Part shown: positions 28,234-38,234 of the stretch, piece after piece | How positions within the stretch are numbered: position 1 is the stretch's first letter | Layout: each line of letters opens with the position of its first letter | Assembly: GCA_014894395.1 (NCBI GenBank) | Contig: JADBLO010000065.1 | Span: 3,840-67,839 of the forward strand | Direction of reading: 5' to 3' | DNA length: 64,000 nucleotides | Source: Thermoplasmata archaeon | GTDB lineage: Archaea; Thermoplasmatota; E2; DHVEG-1 | Notes under the pieces: model-generated | Told to the model about the DNA's origin: nothing | Database searches by the model: none | Seen by the model: the letters and a program-made list of their open reading frames with translations, nothing else | Translations under genes and position numbers: made by a program

Positions 28234-29526
28234 TTATCTCACCAGAAAATCCTCCAATCGCCGTTGGTACAACTGGTTCTTGAGCACCGCGCTGTTTCTG
28301 ATCCATCGCTGCACCGGGATATCCATAATCTCTGACACATAAACGAGTGATTCATTCAGCGTATCGAACTTCCGGCATGGGTGGGAAAGTGCACTCCGAA
28401 CACTTTCGCGGACGTTCCACACCCCAATCGGCATGATATATCCTGGGTGCGCCTCGCGAAGGATAACGACACCAGCCTGCCTTCGTTCTTTGTTGAGTAA
28501 CTCGTTGACCGCGAGACGCGCCGCGTAGTAACACCCACCGATCTCCGCATACGTCGTCCGCCCCTCATAAAACTCGTAGCTATTAAAAATCGAAATACCG
28601 GTCCCAAACTGGTTCCACGTCGTATTAGGGTACCACGCCTCAATAAGCTCATACTGCCATTCCGATGGCGTCATCAAAATAATCCAGCGGTTATCAAACT
28701 GATTCAGAAAGTACGCACGGACCTCATTGATGAACGGGTATGTCTTTGTTTTTTTCATGAGTTCAGCGCCAAGGGTAGAATCCACCGCGGTGATACTCCA
28801 CCTGGTAGGCACAAACCGTCTGTTCTTTTTGACCCCGAACGCGCCCACGCTGAACGCGCGCTGGATCTTTGAGACGAGCACCCCGTTTTTATAGATATCA
28901 AGAATCGCGTCTTTTGCTTTCAGATCGGTATCATAGTATGCTTTCTCGATATGTTGCTCGTATTTCGGGTTGGTGATATCCAGTGATTTTAACGGTGCAG
29001 ATGGCCCATGCGGTTGCACCTCGTCATAAAACGCTATCTTCCCATAGGGTTTCTTCTCAAAGAGTGCATCAGCAAACACCGCGTTCTTGGAGAGAGCCAG
29101 CTCCCTGGTAAACTCTACGATACGATGCGGGCTTTCCACATTGGTCACATTCACGGTGAATTTCCCGCGGACCAGCTGACTACGGAAATCAACGATATCA
29201 TCAAGGGTTTTATCCAGCCACAGCTCCGGGGTATCGATCTCAGAGGTATCACCCATCACTGGAGGAATCATGGGACCGATCGCAACCTTTGGATACCCGA
29301 TCCTGCCGATAAAAACGCTTGGTGGTGACGCGCCCTCCAACCGCAAACTATCGACGAACGGCTTCATTTTCACCTTGGAATGAAATCGGACGATTACGGG
29401 ACAGCGGGCTTTCCCACACAAGAATTTTGTACCCCGGCAGAGTGCGCACACACTCGTTCCTTTCTTTTTTTCTGCCGGTACTAACTTTTTTTGTCCTTTT
29501 ATTAGATCTTGCACGATGTCCCCCAT
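28234..29526 (-). CDS. nreA: Nre DNA repair protein
   Basis: C..C.G.K.LCGK..CP, SPPSVFIGR.GYPKV, VPTRWSITAVD, GGCYYAARL, C-terminal PIP box QRRLEDF. Confidence 0.92.
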   Translation of the reverse strand: MGDIVQDLIKGQKKLVPAEKKKGTSVCALCRGTKFLCGKARCPVIVRFHSKVKMKPFVDSLRLEGASPPSVFIGRIGYPKVAIGPMIPPVMGDTSEIDTPELWLDKTLDDIVDFRSQLVRGKFTVNVTNVESPHRIVEFTRELALSKNAVFADALFEKKPYGKIAFYDEVQPHGPSAPLKSLDITNPKYEQHIEKAYYDTDLKAKDAILDIYKNGVLVSKIQRAFSVGAFGVKKNRRFVPTRWSITAVDSTLGAELMKKTKTYPFINEVRAYFLNQFDNRWIILMTPSEWQYELIEAWYPNTTWNQFGTGISIFNSYEFYEGRTTYAEIGGCYYAARLAVNELLNKERRQAGVVILREAHPGYIMPIGVWNVRESVRSALSHPCRKFDTLNESLVYVSEIMDIPVQRWIRNSAVLKNQLYQRRLEDFLVR

Positions 29527-29576
29527 CAATCATTTTTTCTTTTAAAGGTTCCTTAGAGCGTAATGAAAGTATTCAG

Positions 29577-29969
29577 TTACTCTGGATTAATTTTCTTCTT
29601 AAGCGTTTCTATCCACGACGGTAATCCTTCTACCGTGCGACAAATGCATCGTTTCGCAAACACCTTACGATACCTCAGATTGCAGCTTACGCGATTCTCA
29701 AGATGTTTTTTAATCGAAAGACACAGCCTGCCGCCACGCCAATCCCAATCTGTAAGAAGGATAATATTTTGATGCTTCTGGGCAATCGTATCACAGAAAT
29801 CGGGAACTGAACGTCCTTTATTGAACCGGATGATTTCACCAGACACTTCGAGTTTTCGTAACGCAGCAATGTCTTTTTCTCCTTCTACGATAATAGGTAC
29901 TGTTTTATTTTCCTCTCGTAATTCTGTAAGTGCTTCTTCAAGTTCCTCTAACGTTTGTTCATAATCCAT
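29577..29969 (-). CDS. Small TOPRIM-domain protein
   Basis: IIVEGEKD..ALRKL, LLTDWD..G, VEGL. Confidence 0.88.
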   Translation of the reverse strand: MDYEQTLEELEEALTELREENKTVPIIVEGEKDIAALRKLEVSGEIIRFNKGRSVPDFCDTIAQKHQNIILLTDWDWRGGRLCLSIKKHLENRVSCNLRYRKVFAKRCICRTVEGLPSWIETLKKKINPE

Positions 29970-30282
29970 GGAATGATTCCTCAAGCATCTCACATACTGT
30001 ATCAACGGGTACTTTCTTGAGAGCTACAGTCTTTTCCCTGCTTTTCTGCCCGCTCACCAGGATAACATTTTTTGGTGATATCTTAAAAAACCCTGCAATT
30101 GTTTCTACCACCTCATTGTTTGCCTTATTGTCTTTTGCCTCAGATCGCACCTTGATTTCAATGCATTTCCTCCATTGATTATACCCTGCAGGAAATAAAA
30201 CCTGAGACGACCCTGGTACCACATGCAAACAAAGAAGGGCACCTTGATTGGAACTTTTTATCGCATCCTTAAATGAGGTCAT
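29959..30282 (-). CDS. DUF167/UPF0235 protein
   Basis: V.PGS, KAN.EV, ILVSGQKSREK. Confidence 0.85.
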   Translation of the reverse strand: MTSFKDAIKSSNQGALLCLHVVPGSSQVLFPAGYNQWRKCIEIKVRSEAKDNKANNEVVETIAGFFKISPKNVILVSGQKSREKTVALKKVPVDTVCEMLEESFHGL

Positions 30283-30303
30283 ACTCTCCAAAAAAATAAT
30301 TTG

Positions 30304-30654
30304 TTATGTTTGAGACAGCTTCAGGATAGCCTCGGCGAGATCACCATTCGTCTCCTTTAAAGCCTTCCGCACCTCTGCCTCTGATTTGCCTGTTTGTTCC
30401 ATAATCAACTTAATGTCTTCTTTCAGAGGGCCTTCACTCTCTCCACCCCTGGTTTTTACGGTCGGCTCACCAATAATCTGAAACGTCTTCTGTCCCTGCG
30501 CCTCCATCACCGTTACCTCAGCAGCATCAAACACGTACTCCTTCGTATCAGTCTGAATAATCACCTTTTCTACATTATCAATATTCTTGACATTAATTCC
30601 GAAGCGTTTCATCATCTGATTCAGTTGCCTACTATTCATCCGACCTGGCATCAT
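30304..30654 (-). CDS. nac: Nascent polypeptide-associated complex protein
   Basis: MMKRFGI, V.KVII, QGQ.TFQI.G, UBA-like EDIKLIMEQTG...ALKETNGDLAEAILKL. Confidence 0.93.
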   Translation of the reverse strand: MMPGRMNSRQLNQMMKRFGINVKNIDNVEKVIIQTDTKEYVFDAAEVTVMEAQGQKTFQIIGEPTVKTRGGESEGPLKEDIKLIMEQTGKSEAEVRKALKETNGDLAEAILKLSQT

Positions 30655-30718
30655 ATGTAACAAACCCTGGTATAATTCCGAAGCATATATAGAGTTCTAG
30701 TCGTTTAACATTTTTGGT

Positions 30719-32170
30719 ATGATTTCAGAAGCAGAAATAAAGGTCCTGGATAGAAACTCTGAGTACTTTGGCGTACCAACATTACACCTCATGGAAAATG
30801 CAGGAAAAGGCGTCGCTGAGTTCATCAGAAACACGGTAAAAAACACAAAGAAAAACATCCTCATCCTCTGTGGGACCGGCAACAACGGTGGAGACGGGTT
30901 TGTCGCAGCACGGTACCTTACGCAATACTACAAGGTCACGGTCTTTCTTGCAGGAACCGAGATCAAAACAGAGATTGCTCAGAAAAATTATCAGAAACTC
31001 CAAACCTACGAAGTCAAAATCTACACCTCACCTCGTGACCTCGACGCGCTCCTTGTAGAAAACGATATTCTCATCGATGCACTCCTTGGGACTGGACTGG
31101 CCGATGAGTTAAAAGAACCGTATGCCACCATCGTTAAAAAAATCAATGCAACAAAGAAGAAAATGATTGTTTCTGTTGATGTTCCCACGGGACTTGGCAC
31201 CACTCAATCAATCACCTCTGAGTACACCGTCACCTTTCATGACATCAAGGAAGGAATGAACGAGAAAAACAGCGGAAACATCCAGGTGGTCGACATTGGC
31301 ATCTCCCAAGAAGCAACAACTTACGTCGGACCAGGGGAACTTTCTGTGTACTATCCACGCCCTGCAAAAAAATCGCACAAAGGAGACAACGGCATCGTAC
31401 TCATTATAGGCGGAGGACCATACATCGGTGCACCAGCACTCAGCGGTCTTGCTGCATTACGAACCGGTGTTGACCTTGTGTATATTGCAACACCAAAACG
31501 ATCCTGGGAATCAGTTGCCGCGTTTTCACCAAACTTCATCGTAAAAGATCTCCACGATGATATGCTTACAAAGAACGATATCCCGAGCATCGAAGAACTT
31601 CTCAGTAAATGCACCGCGGTTGTTCTCGGTCCAGGACTCGGAGCTGCTAAAGAAACCGAAGAAGCAATCATCCCGCTTGTCAGACGCATCATTGCAGAAA
31701 AGAAACCATTGGTACTGGATGCTGATGCCATCAAACCAGTCGGGGAAAACCTCCCCCTCATAAAGAACTCAACAACCGTAGTGACCCCCCATGTCGGTGA
31801 ATTCAAAAAACTCACGGGGATCACCCTTTCACAAGATGTTGACACAAGAATCAACGCGGTCAAAGATTGGGCTGAAAAAATCGGGATCACGATTTTCCTG
31901 AAAGGATATATCGACGTGCTCAGTGACGGAACAAACGTCAAACAAAATAAAGTTCATAATGAAGCAATGACTGTTGGTGGGACTGGAGACGTCCTTGCAG
32001 GCATCATCGGAGCCCTCCTCTCAAAAGGAGTAAAACCGTTCAACGCAGTCCGAATCGCAGCCTTCCTCAACGGTGAAGCAGGCAACGAAGCGTTCCAGAA
32101 AAAATCCTACGGGTTAATTGCGACTGATATTGTTGATGAAATCCCTACTGTCTTGAAAAAATATCTATAG
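30719..32170 (+). CDS. nnr: Bifunctional NAD(P)HX epimerase/dehydratase
   Basis: LMENAG, GNNGGDG, DALLGTG, DVPTG; SHKG.NG, GPGLG, DADA, TPH.GEF, GGTGD. Confidence 0.94.
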   Translation: MISEAEIKVLDRNSEYFGVPTLHLMENAGKGVAEFIRNTVKNTKKNILILCGTGNNGGDGFVAARYLTQYYKVTVFLAGTEIKTEIAQKNYQKLQTYEVKIYTSPRDLDALLVENDILIDALLGTGLADELKEPYATIVKKINATKKKMIVSVDVPTGLGTTQSITSEYTVTFHDIKEGMNEKNSGNIQVVDIGISQEATTYVGPGELSVYYPRPAKKSHKGDNGIVLIIGGGPYIGAPALSGLAALRTGVDLVYIATPKRSWESVAAFSPNFIVKDLHDDMLTKNDIPSIEELLSKCTAVVLGPGLGAAKETEEAIIPLVRRIIAEKKPLVLDADAIKPVGENLPLIKNSTTVVTPHVGEFKKLTGITLSQDVDTRINAVKDWAEKIGITIFLKGYIDVLSDGTNVKQNKVHNEAMTVGGTGDVLAGIIGALLSKGVKPFNAVRIAAFLNGEAGNEAFQKKSYGLIATDIVDEIPTVLKKYL

Positions 32171-32214
32171 TGATTTTTTTTATAAAACCTGAACACCAAG
32201 GAAAAACTGTTCGT

Positions 32215-32505
32215 TTATTCCCAGATCGCTTTGACTTCCAGGTGTGCCACAAGCTCTCCAGCGACTTGATACAATACCCACGCGGTAAACGCTGGTTCTT
32301 GCTGCATCTCCTCTGAAAGCGCTGCGGTAATCTTATTTTTCATTTCCTGTTCAAGCTTATCAGGCTTGGCTGGCCATTCCGCGTACTGGTATTTCTTCAT
32401 CCATTCCGCGGTCCGTTCAATCGGCTCAGTCTTTTTATCAGCAAGCTTCCGCACAGCTTTCTCTGTCTTTTTCACAAACTCTCCAGATGATTTCTTCTGC
32501 CACAT
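32215..32505 (-). CDS. Hypothetical protein (~96 aa)
   Basis: ATG 32505 preceded by GAGG; helical, charged sequence; fills the gap between two genes. Confidence 0.6.
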   Translation of the reverse strand: MWQKKSSGEFVKKTEKAVRKLADKKTEPIERTAEWMKKYQYAEWPAKPDKLEQEMKNKITAALSEEMQQEPAFTAWVLYQVAGELVAHLEVKAIWE

Positions 32506-32602
32506 TATTCCATCCTCACCACAGATATCCTTCTCTGCGATAAAAGCCTTTACTTCAAAATAAAAAAAACTTTTAAGAACTCCGCAGTAATCAGCCATTC
32601 GA

Positions 32603-34177
32603 ATGAAAAAAACATACCTCCTGATAGGAATCCTCATCGTCTTTTTCATGATTTCTCCCTCAGCCACCGCCATCTTTGCATCCTCGCATGATCTCAAAGG
32701 AACACTCACGAAGGATACCAAAGTATTTTTTGTTGGAAAAACCGAAATCAGCGGGACCTTCACTGGCTACCCGATGGAACGATTAATCAATTCATCCGTT
32801 GTTTCAGACATGAACGCATTTCCTCTTGTTGGGGCAAGCAGTATCTCCAATCTCGATACTGTCATCGTCGTAGAAAACATCGACATCACCAAAGCAACCT
32901 CACTTGAAGAACTCTACCTGCGGTATTACGATCATATCACGGAATACTCCAATGTTGACATCACCACAGACAACGGGATGTTTCTCCTAGGGATTAACCA
33001 AGGACGCCTCAGCATTTCCACAGACCTAGCCTATGCGGTCACCACCTTCATCCCCTTTGAAATCATCGCTGGTACCACAACAAGGTTTTTCCTCACGATA
33101 ACGAACAATCCACTCACCATGCAATGCTCCGGAGACTTTGCGGTTCTCACCGAGCTGTCCAATACGGGTACAATCAGAGTAAAAGATACACACGGGGCGA
33201 CACTCTGGAGTGGAGCTTCACAAAATAATTACCTGGTGATTCAGAATGAAAAATTCTCAGTCACCCAACAACCACCTTTGTTTCTCTTTCCCCTTAACAC
33301 TGCTGCCTCAATTGCACCATTGAAGCTGTCAATATCCCCGGCTGACCCAAAAGATATTGTGATAAAACAACTCATAAAAAATGTCTCTATCGCAGTAAAA
33401 AACCTTGGGGAATACAATACCTCAGAATTCATGGACAACATCGATGGATTTGACACGATCATCCAGGCTCCCTCCCTTGTTGCAAACGGAGCGATGGTGT
33501 TCATCCAAACCAACGATACCGTGACCATTGATCATACGACACAACGGTTTTCTTCTTTCGGGTTCGCTCGTTTCAATACTCTTGACGTCACCGTTACAGG
33601 ATCTTCCTCTGGACCAACAATACAAGCGGATTGTAAACTCATTTTCCTTGGGAACCACTTCTACAACGCCCAAGCAAAACGCAACACTGACGGGATCGCA
33701 TTCCCCTTCGAGCTGCTCATTATCTGGATTCTGGCGCTGTGCGTCTTTATCTACATACGGTTTTTCTTACGACCTCCTGTTCACAAAGAAAAAGATGAGA
33801 TGATCAAACGATACGCTCTTATTCTCCATATCATTTTACTCATCATTGCATTTCTTTTACTTGATACTGAAGTCAATGACCTATTCGGTATCAGTGCTTT
33901 CACTGCACTGCTCTCCCAAGGATTCTCGATGATCACTGGAGCATTCCTGCTCTTAGAATTAGCCATCTGGATCCTCGGCTACCTCATCCTTGCTATCCCC
34001 ATTCAACTACTTGCATACTCTGGACTTCGTCTTCTTTGCATCGGAAAAGGTGGTAACGGCATTCGGAAAGCAATTGGGGACCTGTCCATCTGGGTTTTTT
34101 GCGGGCTCTATCTCCTTTTCTTTATGAACATCATTTTTTCCCTGATTCATTTTAATAATCTCTTTCCCATGGGATAA
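32603..34177 (+). CDS. Membrane protein with large exported N-terminal domain and ~4-5 C-terminal TMs
   Basis: Signal peptide, T/S-rich beta region, hydrophobic C-terminus; 524 aa. Confidence 0.75.
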   Translation: MKKTYLLIGILIVFFMISPSATAIFASSHDLKGTLTKDTKVFFVGKTEISGTFTGYPMERLINSSVVSDMNAFPLVGASSISNLDTVIVVENIDITKATSLEELYLRYYDHITEYSNVDITTDNGMFLLGINQGRLSISTDLAYAVTTFIPFEIIAGTTTRFFLTITNNPLTMQCSGDFAVLTELSNTGTIRVKDTHGATLWSGASQNNYLVIQNEKFSVTQQPPLFLFPLNTAASIAPLKLSISPADPKDIVIKQLIKNVSIAVKNLGEYNTSEFMDNIDGFDTIIQAPSLVANGAMVFIQTNDTVTIDHTTQRFSSFGFARFNTLDVTVTGSSSGPTIQADCKLIFLGNHFYNAQAKRNTDGIAFPFELLIIWILALCVFIYIRFFLRPPVHKEKDEMIKRYALILHIILLIIAFLLLDTEVNDLFGISAFTALLSQGFSMITGAFLLLELAIWILGYLILAIPIQLLAYSGLRLLCIGKGGNGIRKAIGDLSIWVFCGLYLLFFMNIIFSLIHFNNLFPMG

Positions 34178-34180
34178 CCT

Positions 34181-34924
34181 ATGCAACCTGAGCTTCAACC
34201 AATCATCGATGAACCAGCTCTCCTGCTCAAAGAAAAAAAACTCCTGGTTATCGCAGACCTTCATATCGGCATTGAAAGCGAATTACGGGAAAAAGGATTA
34301 CAGGTGCCATCACAAACCAACGTGATGGAACAACGATTGATCTCGATTCTCACAACAAACACTATCCAAGACATCATCTTGCTTGGGGACATTAAACACA
34401 ATATCCCTTCATCAACCATCCAAGAACGTTCCGATGTGAATCGATTCCTGAACACGATTCAAACATATGGTGCCCTTCATGTCCTGCCTGGGAACCACGA
34501 TGGAAACATCGATCGATTGCTTCCCCCAACAATTAAGTTACATCCCTCCGATGGCTTCGTGTTTGAGGGGATAGGGTTTACCCATGGTCACCGAAGGCCA
34601 AACAAAGAGGTCATGCAATGCGAACAGGTCATCATCGGTCACACACACCCCACCGTCATGCTTACCGACCGTCTTGGTTACCGGACGTTTGAACAATGTT
34701 GGCTACGGAGCACTCCACTCTCTGATACACTTATAGAAAAATACCCGACATCACCAACTTCACAGATTCTCGTCATGCCAGCGTTTAATCCTTTATGTGG
34801 CGGCATCGCAGTCAACCGAGACCCCTTACTTGGTCCGTTTAGGTCACTTATGGACATTGACAACGCAGAGGTATATCTCCTGGATGGATCCTCCCTTGGG
34901 AAGGTAAAGGACCTCAAAGAATAA
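34181..34924 (+). CDS. Metallophosphoesterase (MJ0037/ICC-like)
   Basis: ADLHIG, GDIKH, GNHD, HGH, GHTHP, MPAFN. Confidence 0.88.
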   Translation: MQPELQPIIDEPALLLKEKKLLVIADLHIGIESELREKGLQVPSQTNVMEQRLISILTTNTIQDIILLGDIKHNIPSSTIQERSDVNRFLNTIQTYGALHVLPGNHDGNIDRLLPPTIKLHPSDGFVFEGIGFTHGHRRPNKEVMQCEQVIIGHTHPTVMLTDRLGYRTFEQCWLRSTPLSDTLIEKYPTSPTSQILVMPAFNPLCGGIAVNRDPLLGPFRSLMDIDNAEVYLLDGSSLGKVKDLKE

Positions 34925-35082
34925 AGTGAACATTTGATGACCCTCCCAAAAAAAACCTATCTTATCAGCCCTCTCCCTTTTTCCAATATTGATAAAATGT
35001 CATGAGCCTCCTCCCGATAAGTTAGAGAAATAATTGTTTAAATACCGTATTATTATTGGAAAAATACTAATAAAGGGGATGT

Positions 35083-35108
35083 TTGTTATAAAATTGTACA
35101 ATGGGGAA
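35083..35108 (+). promoter_or_regulatory. Shared leader element TTGTTATAAAATTGTACAATGGGGAA
   Basis: 26 nt identical to 38204-38229; contains palindrome ATTGTACAAT and a GGGG SD-like run. Confidence 0.65.
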
Positions 35109-35111
35109 TAT

Positions 35112-37976
35112 ATGCAAAAGAAGTCTTTGTTAGAGAAGGGTTTTGCTTTAGGAATCATACTTCTTTTCATTGGGACAAGTATTATTCCATCTTTTGCTCA
35201 AAATAGTGAAGAGAAACCATCTTTACCGGCATCAAGAGGTAATTGGTTATACGTGGGTGGTTCAGGTCCTGGAAACTATACGAGGATTCAGGATGCTATC
35301 AATGATTCGAATACTGGAGATACCGTCTACGTGTACGATGACTCCTCCCCCTATTATGAAAACGTAGTGGTACATAAATCCATTACTCTGATTGGTGAGG
35401 ATAAAATAAGTACAGAAATCAATGGTTCCTATCTTGATGATTCTCTAGACACTGTTAACGTTACTGGGGATCATGTCGCTATCAGTGGCTTTAGCGTTAC
35501 AAATAATTTCGGGTACTATTATCAGGGAGCTATAAAGATCATAGCGGATTATGTTACTCTCTCCAATTGTATCATCTGTAATAATGAGTGGATTGGTATC
35601 TACTTGGTTGGCGCATCCTACTGCCAGATAGTTGATTGTGAACTGTATGAAAATCTCGTTGCTATCGACCTTATTCGTTCAAGAAATAATGTAATTCAGA
35701 ATTGTTTTTGTCTTAATAATTCCGATGCAATTACACTCTTTCAATCCTCAGACAACAATCAAATCGTTAATTGTACGTGCAATAGAAATCGTTTTGAGAG
35801 CATCCATATACAGCAGTCCTCAGACAATCAAATAACTGGTTGTGTATGTCAAAATGGATACGATGGGATAAGCTTAGCATATGCCCCAAATACGAGAATG
35901 CGAAATAATACCATGATGAATAATTACGCTAACTTCGGTATCGGTTCATCGTCTGTATCAGATTTTTATTGTGATATCGATACCTCAAACACCATCAATG
36001 GAAAACCGATTTATTACATAATTGAACAAAACAGTCTTCTCTTTGATGAAACGATGGAGATAGGTTTCCTTGGATTAGTCAGCTGTCAAAACATTTCAGT
36101 GAAAAATTGTGATTTCACAAATAATTTTGAAGGTATGCTTGTCGCGGGTACCTCAAATTCTTTCATAGAAAACTGTAGTTTTGGTAATAACGATGGTCAT
36201 GGGATGTATATCATTTCTTCTTTGGACAATACGGTGAAAAACTGTACGTTTCGAAACAGTTTTTGGGACGGCATCTTTCTGTATGATTCATCCGGTAATA
36301 CTGTAGAGAATTGCTCATGTTACGGTTCTCTCGCAGGGGTAAACCTCTATTATTGCACGAATAACACGATTCGGGGACAGATGGTTAAACAATGTACGGT
36401 TGGTATCTCGTTTGATTCATCTAGTAATAATTTGTTGAAAGACAACGAGATGGTTAATAGCGGGTTGAAAGTGACTGGGAGCAGTCCTGCTGAATACATC
36501 AATGATGTTGATACAAGCAATACGGTCAACGGAAAACCTGTGTACTATTGTATAAATGAAACGAATAGGACAATTCCATTTGACGCTGGTGAAGTGATCC
36601 TTATTACTTGTAACCATTGCATGGTCTCAAATCTTAATCTGAGTGACGCAAGCGTAGGCATAAAACTCGCATATTCAAGCACGAACACCATCGCAAACAA
36701 CATCCTTTCTACCAACAGCGTTGTTGCAATAGATCTGGATGGTTCTGATAACGACGACAACATCATCAAAGATAACATCATACAAGAAAATAATTATGGA
36801 ATTGATGTCGATTCATCATTCAATAACGTCATTCAAGGGAACATGTTATCTGATAATGGTTTGGGTATTTCCTTTGATTCTTCCAGGGGAAACACGATTG
36901 TGGGAAATACCGTCCAAGGCGGCTACTATGGTATCTATTTTGACCACTCTTCTCTCAATACACTGACTGACAATTCAATTCACAATACCAGTATTTTTGG
37001 GCTCTACCTCCTCTCCTCCAGCGAAAATGGTCTCAAAACAAACGAGATGATCAACTGCAGTCTGATGGTGTACGGTAATAGTCTTGCTGAGTATATCAAT
37101 GATGTTGATACCAGCAATACGGTCAACGGAAAACCTGTGTATTACTACATCCATCAGACAGACATCATAACACCACAAGACGCCGGCGAAGTAATACTGA
37201 TAGATTCGAGTCGTTGCACAATCAAAAATCTCGATCTGAACAAGGGAACCATAGGGATAACGCTTGCCTACTCATCTAACAACATGATTATGGGAAACAC
37301 ATTAAAAAGTCAAAGCATGATAGCAATTGATCTTGGTCATGTGGGGAACACCGATAATACGGTCCAAGGAAATGTGATCCAGGATAGTGGCTATGGAATC
37401 GATATTGAATTTTCCGAGGGCAACACCATTAAAAAAAATAAAATCGTTTCTAACGGCTATGGTATCCTTCTGTACAATGCGTTCAATACCACCATCCGAA
37501 GAAATACCATTTCTAAAAATAATTACGGCATCAGCGCGATAGAGGCGCCCGGGAGTAAAATTCGCTGGAACAACATCTATTGGAATTACCTCTATGGGCT
37601 TCACACGGAGACATGTTCCGTCACTGCACGATGGAACTGGTGGGGTTCTGCAAAGGGTCCAAATGTACATGGGAACGGAAACGGGGACCGTCTCAGTGCC
37701 ATAAAAAATGGGTACATCACCTATATTCCCTGGTTATGTCTTCCAGTTCTCTTTACAGGGAGAATACAATCTATTATACCCAACGGTAATCAAAAAAATT
37801 TTGTCGACAGTTCGTTTAAAACACAGGGGAAAACGTATGTTGAAATCCATCATATCGCATCTGATGAAATGGCTATTTATGGTATGAAAAACGTAAGAAT
37901 TGATACAGAACGTGCTATACCACCGAAAGCAGCCATGGAACAGAATTTTCATACTCAATTTCTTTGTTTAAAATAA
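35112..37976 (+). CDS. Large secreted NosD/CASH beta-helix protein
   Basis: Signal peptide from ATG 35112, LYVGGSGPGNY..IQDAI, three D.SNT.NGKP.YY modules, WNWWG...GP. Confidence 0.88.
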   Translation: MQKKSLLEKGFALGIILLFIGTSIIPSFAQNSEEKPSLPASRGNWLYVGGSGPGNYTRIQDAINDSNTGDTVYVYDDSSPYYENVVVHKSITLIGEDKISTEINGSYLDDSLDTVNVTGDHVAISGFSVTNNFGYYYQGAIKIIADYVTLSNCIICNNEWIGIYLVGASYCQIVDCELYENLVAIDLIRSRNNVIQNCFCLNNSDAITLFQSSDNNQIVNCTCNRNRFESIHIQQSSDNQITGCVCQNGYDGISLAYAPNTRMRNNTMMNNYANFGIGSSSVSDFYCDIDTSNTINGKPIYYIIEQNSLLFDETMEIGFLGLVSCQNISVKNCDFTNNFEGMLVAGTSNSFIENCSFGNNDGHGMYIISSLDNTVKNCTFRNSFWDGIFLYDSSGNTVENCSCYGSLAGVNLYYCTNNTIRGQMVKQCTVGISFDSSSNNLLKDNEMVNSGLKVTGSSPAEYINDVDTSNTVNGKPVYYCINETNRTIPFDAGEVILITCNHCMVSNLNLSDASVGIKLAYSSTNTIANNILSTNSVVAIDLDGSDNDDNIIKDNIIQENNYGIDVDSSFNNVIQGNMLSDNGLGISFDSSRGNTIVGNTVQGGYYGIYFDHSSLNTLTDNSIHNTSIFGLYLLSSSENGLKTNEMINCSLMVYGNSLAEYINDVDTSNTVNGKPVYYYIHQTDIITPQDAGEVILIDSSRCTIKNLDLNKGTIGITLAYSSNNMIMGNTLKSQSMIAIDLGHVGNTDNTVQGNVIQDSGYGIDIEFSEGNTIKKNKIVSNGYGILLYNAFNTTIRRNTISKNNYGISAIEAPGSKIRWNNIYWNYLYGLHTETCSVTARWNWWGSAKGPNVHGNGNGDRLSAIKNGYITYIPWLCLPVLFTGRIQSIIPNGNQKNFVDSSFKTQGKTYVEIHHIASDEMAIYGMKNVRIDTERAIPPKAAMEQNFHTQFLCLK
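36483..37147 (+). repeat. Intragenic duplicated module (EYINDVDTSNTVNGKPVYY)
   Basis: Near-identical nucleotide copies at ~36483-36550 and ~37080-37147, 597 nt apart; a third diverged copy is at ~35973. Confidence 0.8.
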
Positions 37977-38089
37977 AATACATCCCCGATATATTTTTAG
38001 ATGAGATTTTGAAACTGTGTAAATAGTGGTTTTTTTTGGGAAGTAATATTGTTGAACGTAAATCAGTGTATTGTTTTTAAAAATTAAAA

Positions 38090-38182
38090 TGTTATGAAAT
38101 TAGGATTGGGGGAAGAAAAGAAAAAAAACAATTAGTAATCATAAGAATCATTTCCCTGCTTATGAGTCAGAGTCTTAATTAA
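38090..38182 (+). pseudogene. Decayed gene start (leader plus signal-peptide relic)
   Basis: TGTTATGAAATT...GGGGG followed by an ATG-less frame KKQLVIIRIISLLMSQSLN*. Confidence 0.4.
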
Positions 38183-38203
38183 TAATGTATTTATAGAAGA
38201 ACA

Positions 38204-38229
38204 TTGTTATAAAATTGTACAATGGGGAA
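38204..38229 (+). promoter_or_regulatory. Shared leader element TTGTTATAAAATTGTACAATGGGGAA
   Basis: Identical to 35083-35108, downstream of TTTATA. Confidence 0.65.
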
Positions 38230-38234
38230 AAGGC

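Noticed and set aside
36483-37147. Near-identical repeats in the NosD gene as a DGR template/variable pair
   Set aside because: Differences are mostly synonymous and include C/T changes rather than being adenine-specific. Both copies are in-frame coding, and there is no reverse transcriptase in the window.
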